DNA from: Octopus sinensis
Taxonomy: Eukaryota
Length of the DNA stretch: 64,000 bases
NCBI RefSeq assembly: GCF_006345805.1
Contig: NC_042997.1
Location: 172,422,001 to 172,486,000 of the forward strand
Reading direction: 5' to 3'
Position 1 is the stretch's first letter. Each line of letters opens with the position of its first letter. The notes beneath the pieces were generated by a model that was not told the origin of the DNA, searched no databases, and saw nothing but the letters and a program-made list of their open reading frames with translations. Of this stretch, positions 63,213-64,000 are shown one piece after another. The position numbers and the translations under genes were made by a program.

Positions 63213-64000
63213 AATGCTAAACCCTTATAGCTATTTCTACCATGGGGTTGCCCAATCTTCCAAGTTTTCCACATCACGCCACAATGTCTTACCCTCGTTA
63301 TTTCCCCCAGTAAAATTATAATACATTGTATCTCTCAGGACCTGTGAAAATTACTCCTGGGAGTGACTTTCTTTACCATAAAATGTAATCCCATGGATTA
63401 TGGAAATCACCTTGGAATTGACGTTTTTGACCATTCCTTACTATTTCTATTATTTTATTATTTTACGTTCCTCACATGTTAGATTCCTAACATTATGGTC
63501 CAACCCTCTTTTTTTTCTCTTTTACTTGTTTCAGTCATTTGACTGCGGCCATGCTGGAGCACCGCCTTTAGTCGAGCAAATCAACCCCAGGACTTATTCT
63601 TTGTAAGCCCAGTACTTATTCTATCGGTCTCTTTTGCCGAACCGCTAAGTGACGGGGATGTAGACACACCAGCATCGGTTGTCAAACAATGCTAGAGGGA
63701 CAAACACAGACACACAAACATATATATATATACAACAGGCTTCTTTCAGTTTCCGTCTACCAAATCCACTCACAAGGCTTTGGTTGGCCCGAGGCTATAG
63801 CAGAAGACACTTGCCCAAGATGCCATGCAGTGGGACTGAACCCGGGACCATGTGGTTGGTTAGCAAGCTACTTACCACACAGCCACTCCTCTCCAATGTT
63901 TGTCCAACTTTGTAAAATCCCTGTATATCACTGGCATGATGTGGAAAACTTGGCAGATTGGGCAACCCCATAGTGGAAACAGCCGTAAGAGTTTAGTATT
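63213..64000. mobile_element. Long-TIR fold-back element hosting a SINE; right arm reaches the window edge
   Basis: 63213-63281 is the imperfect reverse complement of 63932-64000. Confidence 0.65.
63517..63890 (-). mobile_element. SINE group 1, full length, young
   Basis: Shares private variants with 41198-41585. Confidence 0.92.

Noticed and set aside
829-63890. tRNA genes
   Set aside because: A/B boxes belong to SINE heads that continue into SINE bodies; no cloverleaf with acceptor stem is evident.

Overview
AT-rich, repeat-saturated animal genomic DNA. The SINE/RTE repertoire and (TA)n density point to an octopus (inference from remembered repeat families, not a database result). No intact, recognisable host protein-coding gene, rRNA, tRNA or CRISPR is present; almost all supplied ORFs come from microsatellites, SINEs or decayed transposons. 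Contents: dozens of tRNA-derived SINEs (3 groups), a 2.2-kb decayed RTE LINE (26.8-29.0 kb) plus smaller RTE fragments, piggyBac-, hAT- and pogo/Tc1-type MITEs with readable TIRs and TSDs, two Helitron-type elements, a Tc1 transposase relic, a probable R2/NeSL-type relic, and a 27 x 105-bp tandem array (13.7-16.6 kb) that is open in two minus-strand frames. The most interesting signal is a set of short elements sitting in (TA)n tracts that carry minimal type I hammerhead-ribozyme motifs (one structurally complete at 62868-62923) and often form long fold-backs, as expected for Penelope-like/retrozyme-like elements. A few isolated exon candidates are given at low confidence. SINE and LINE-fragment boundaries are approximate.
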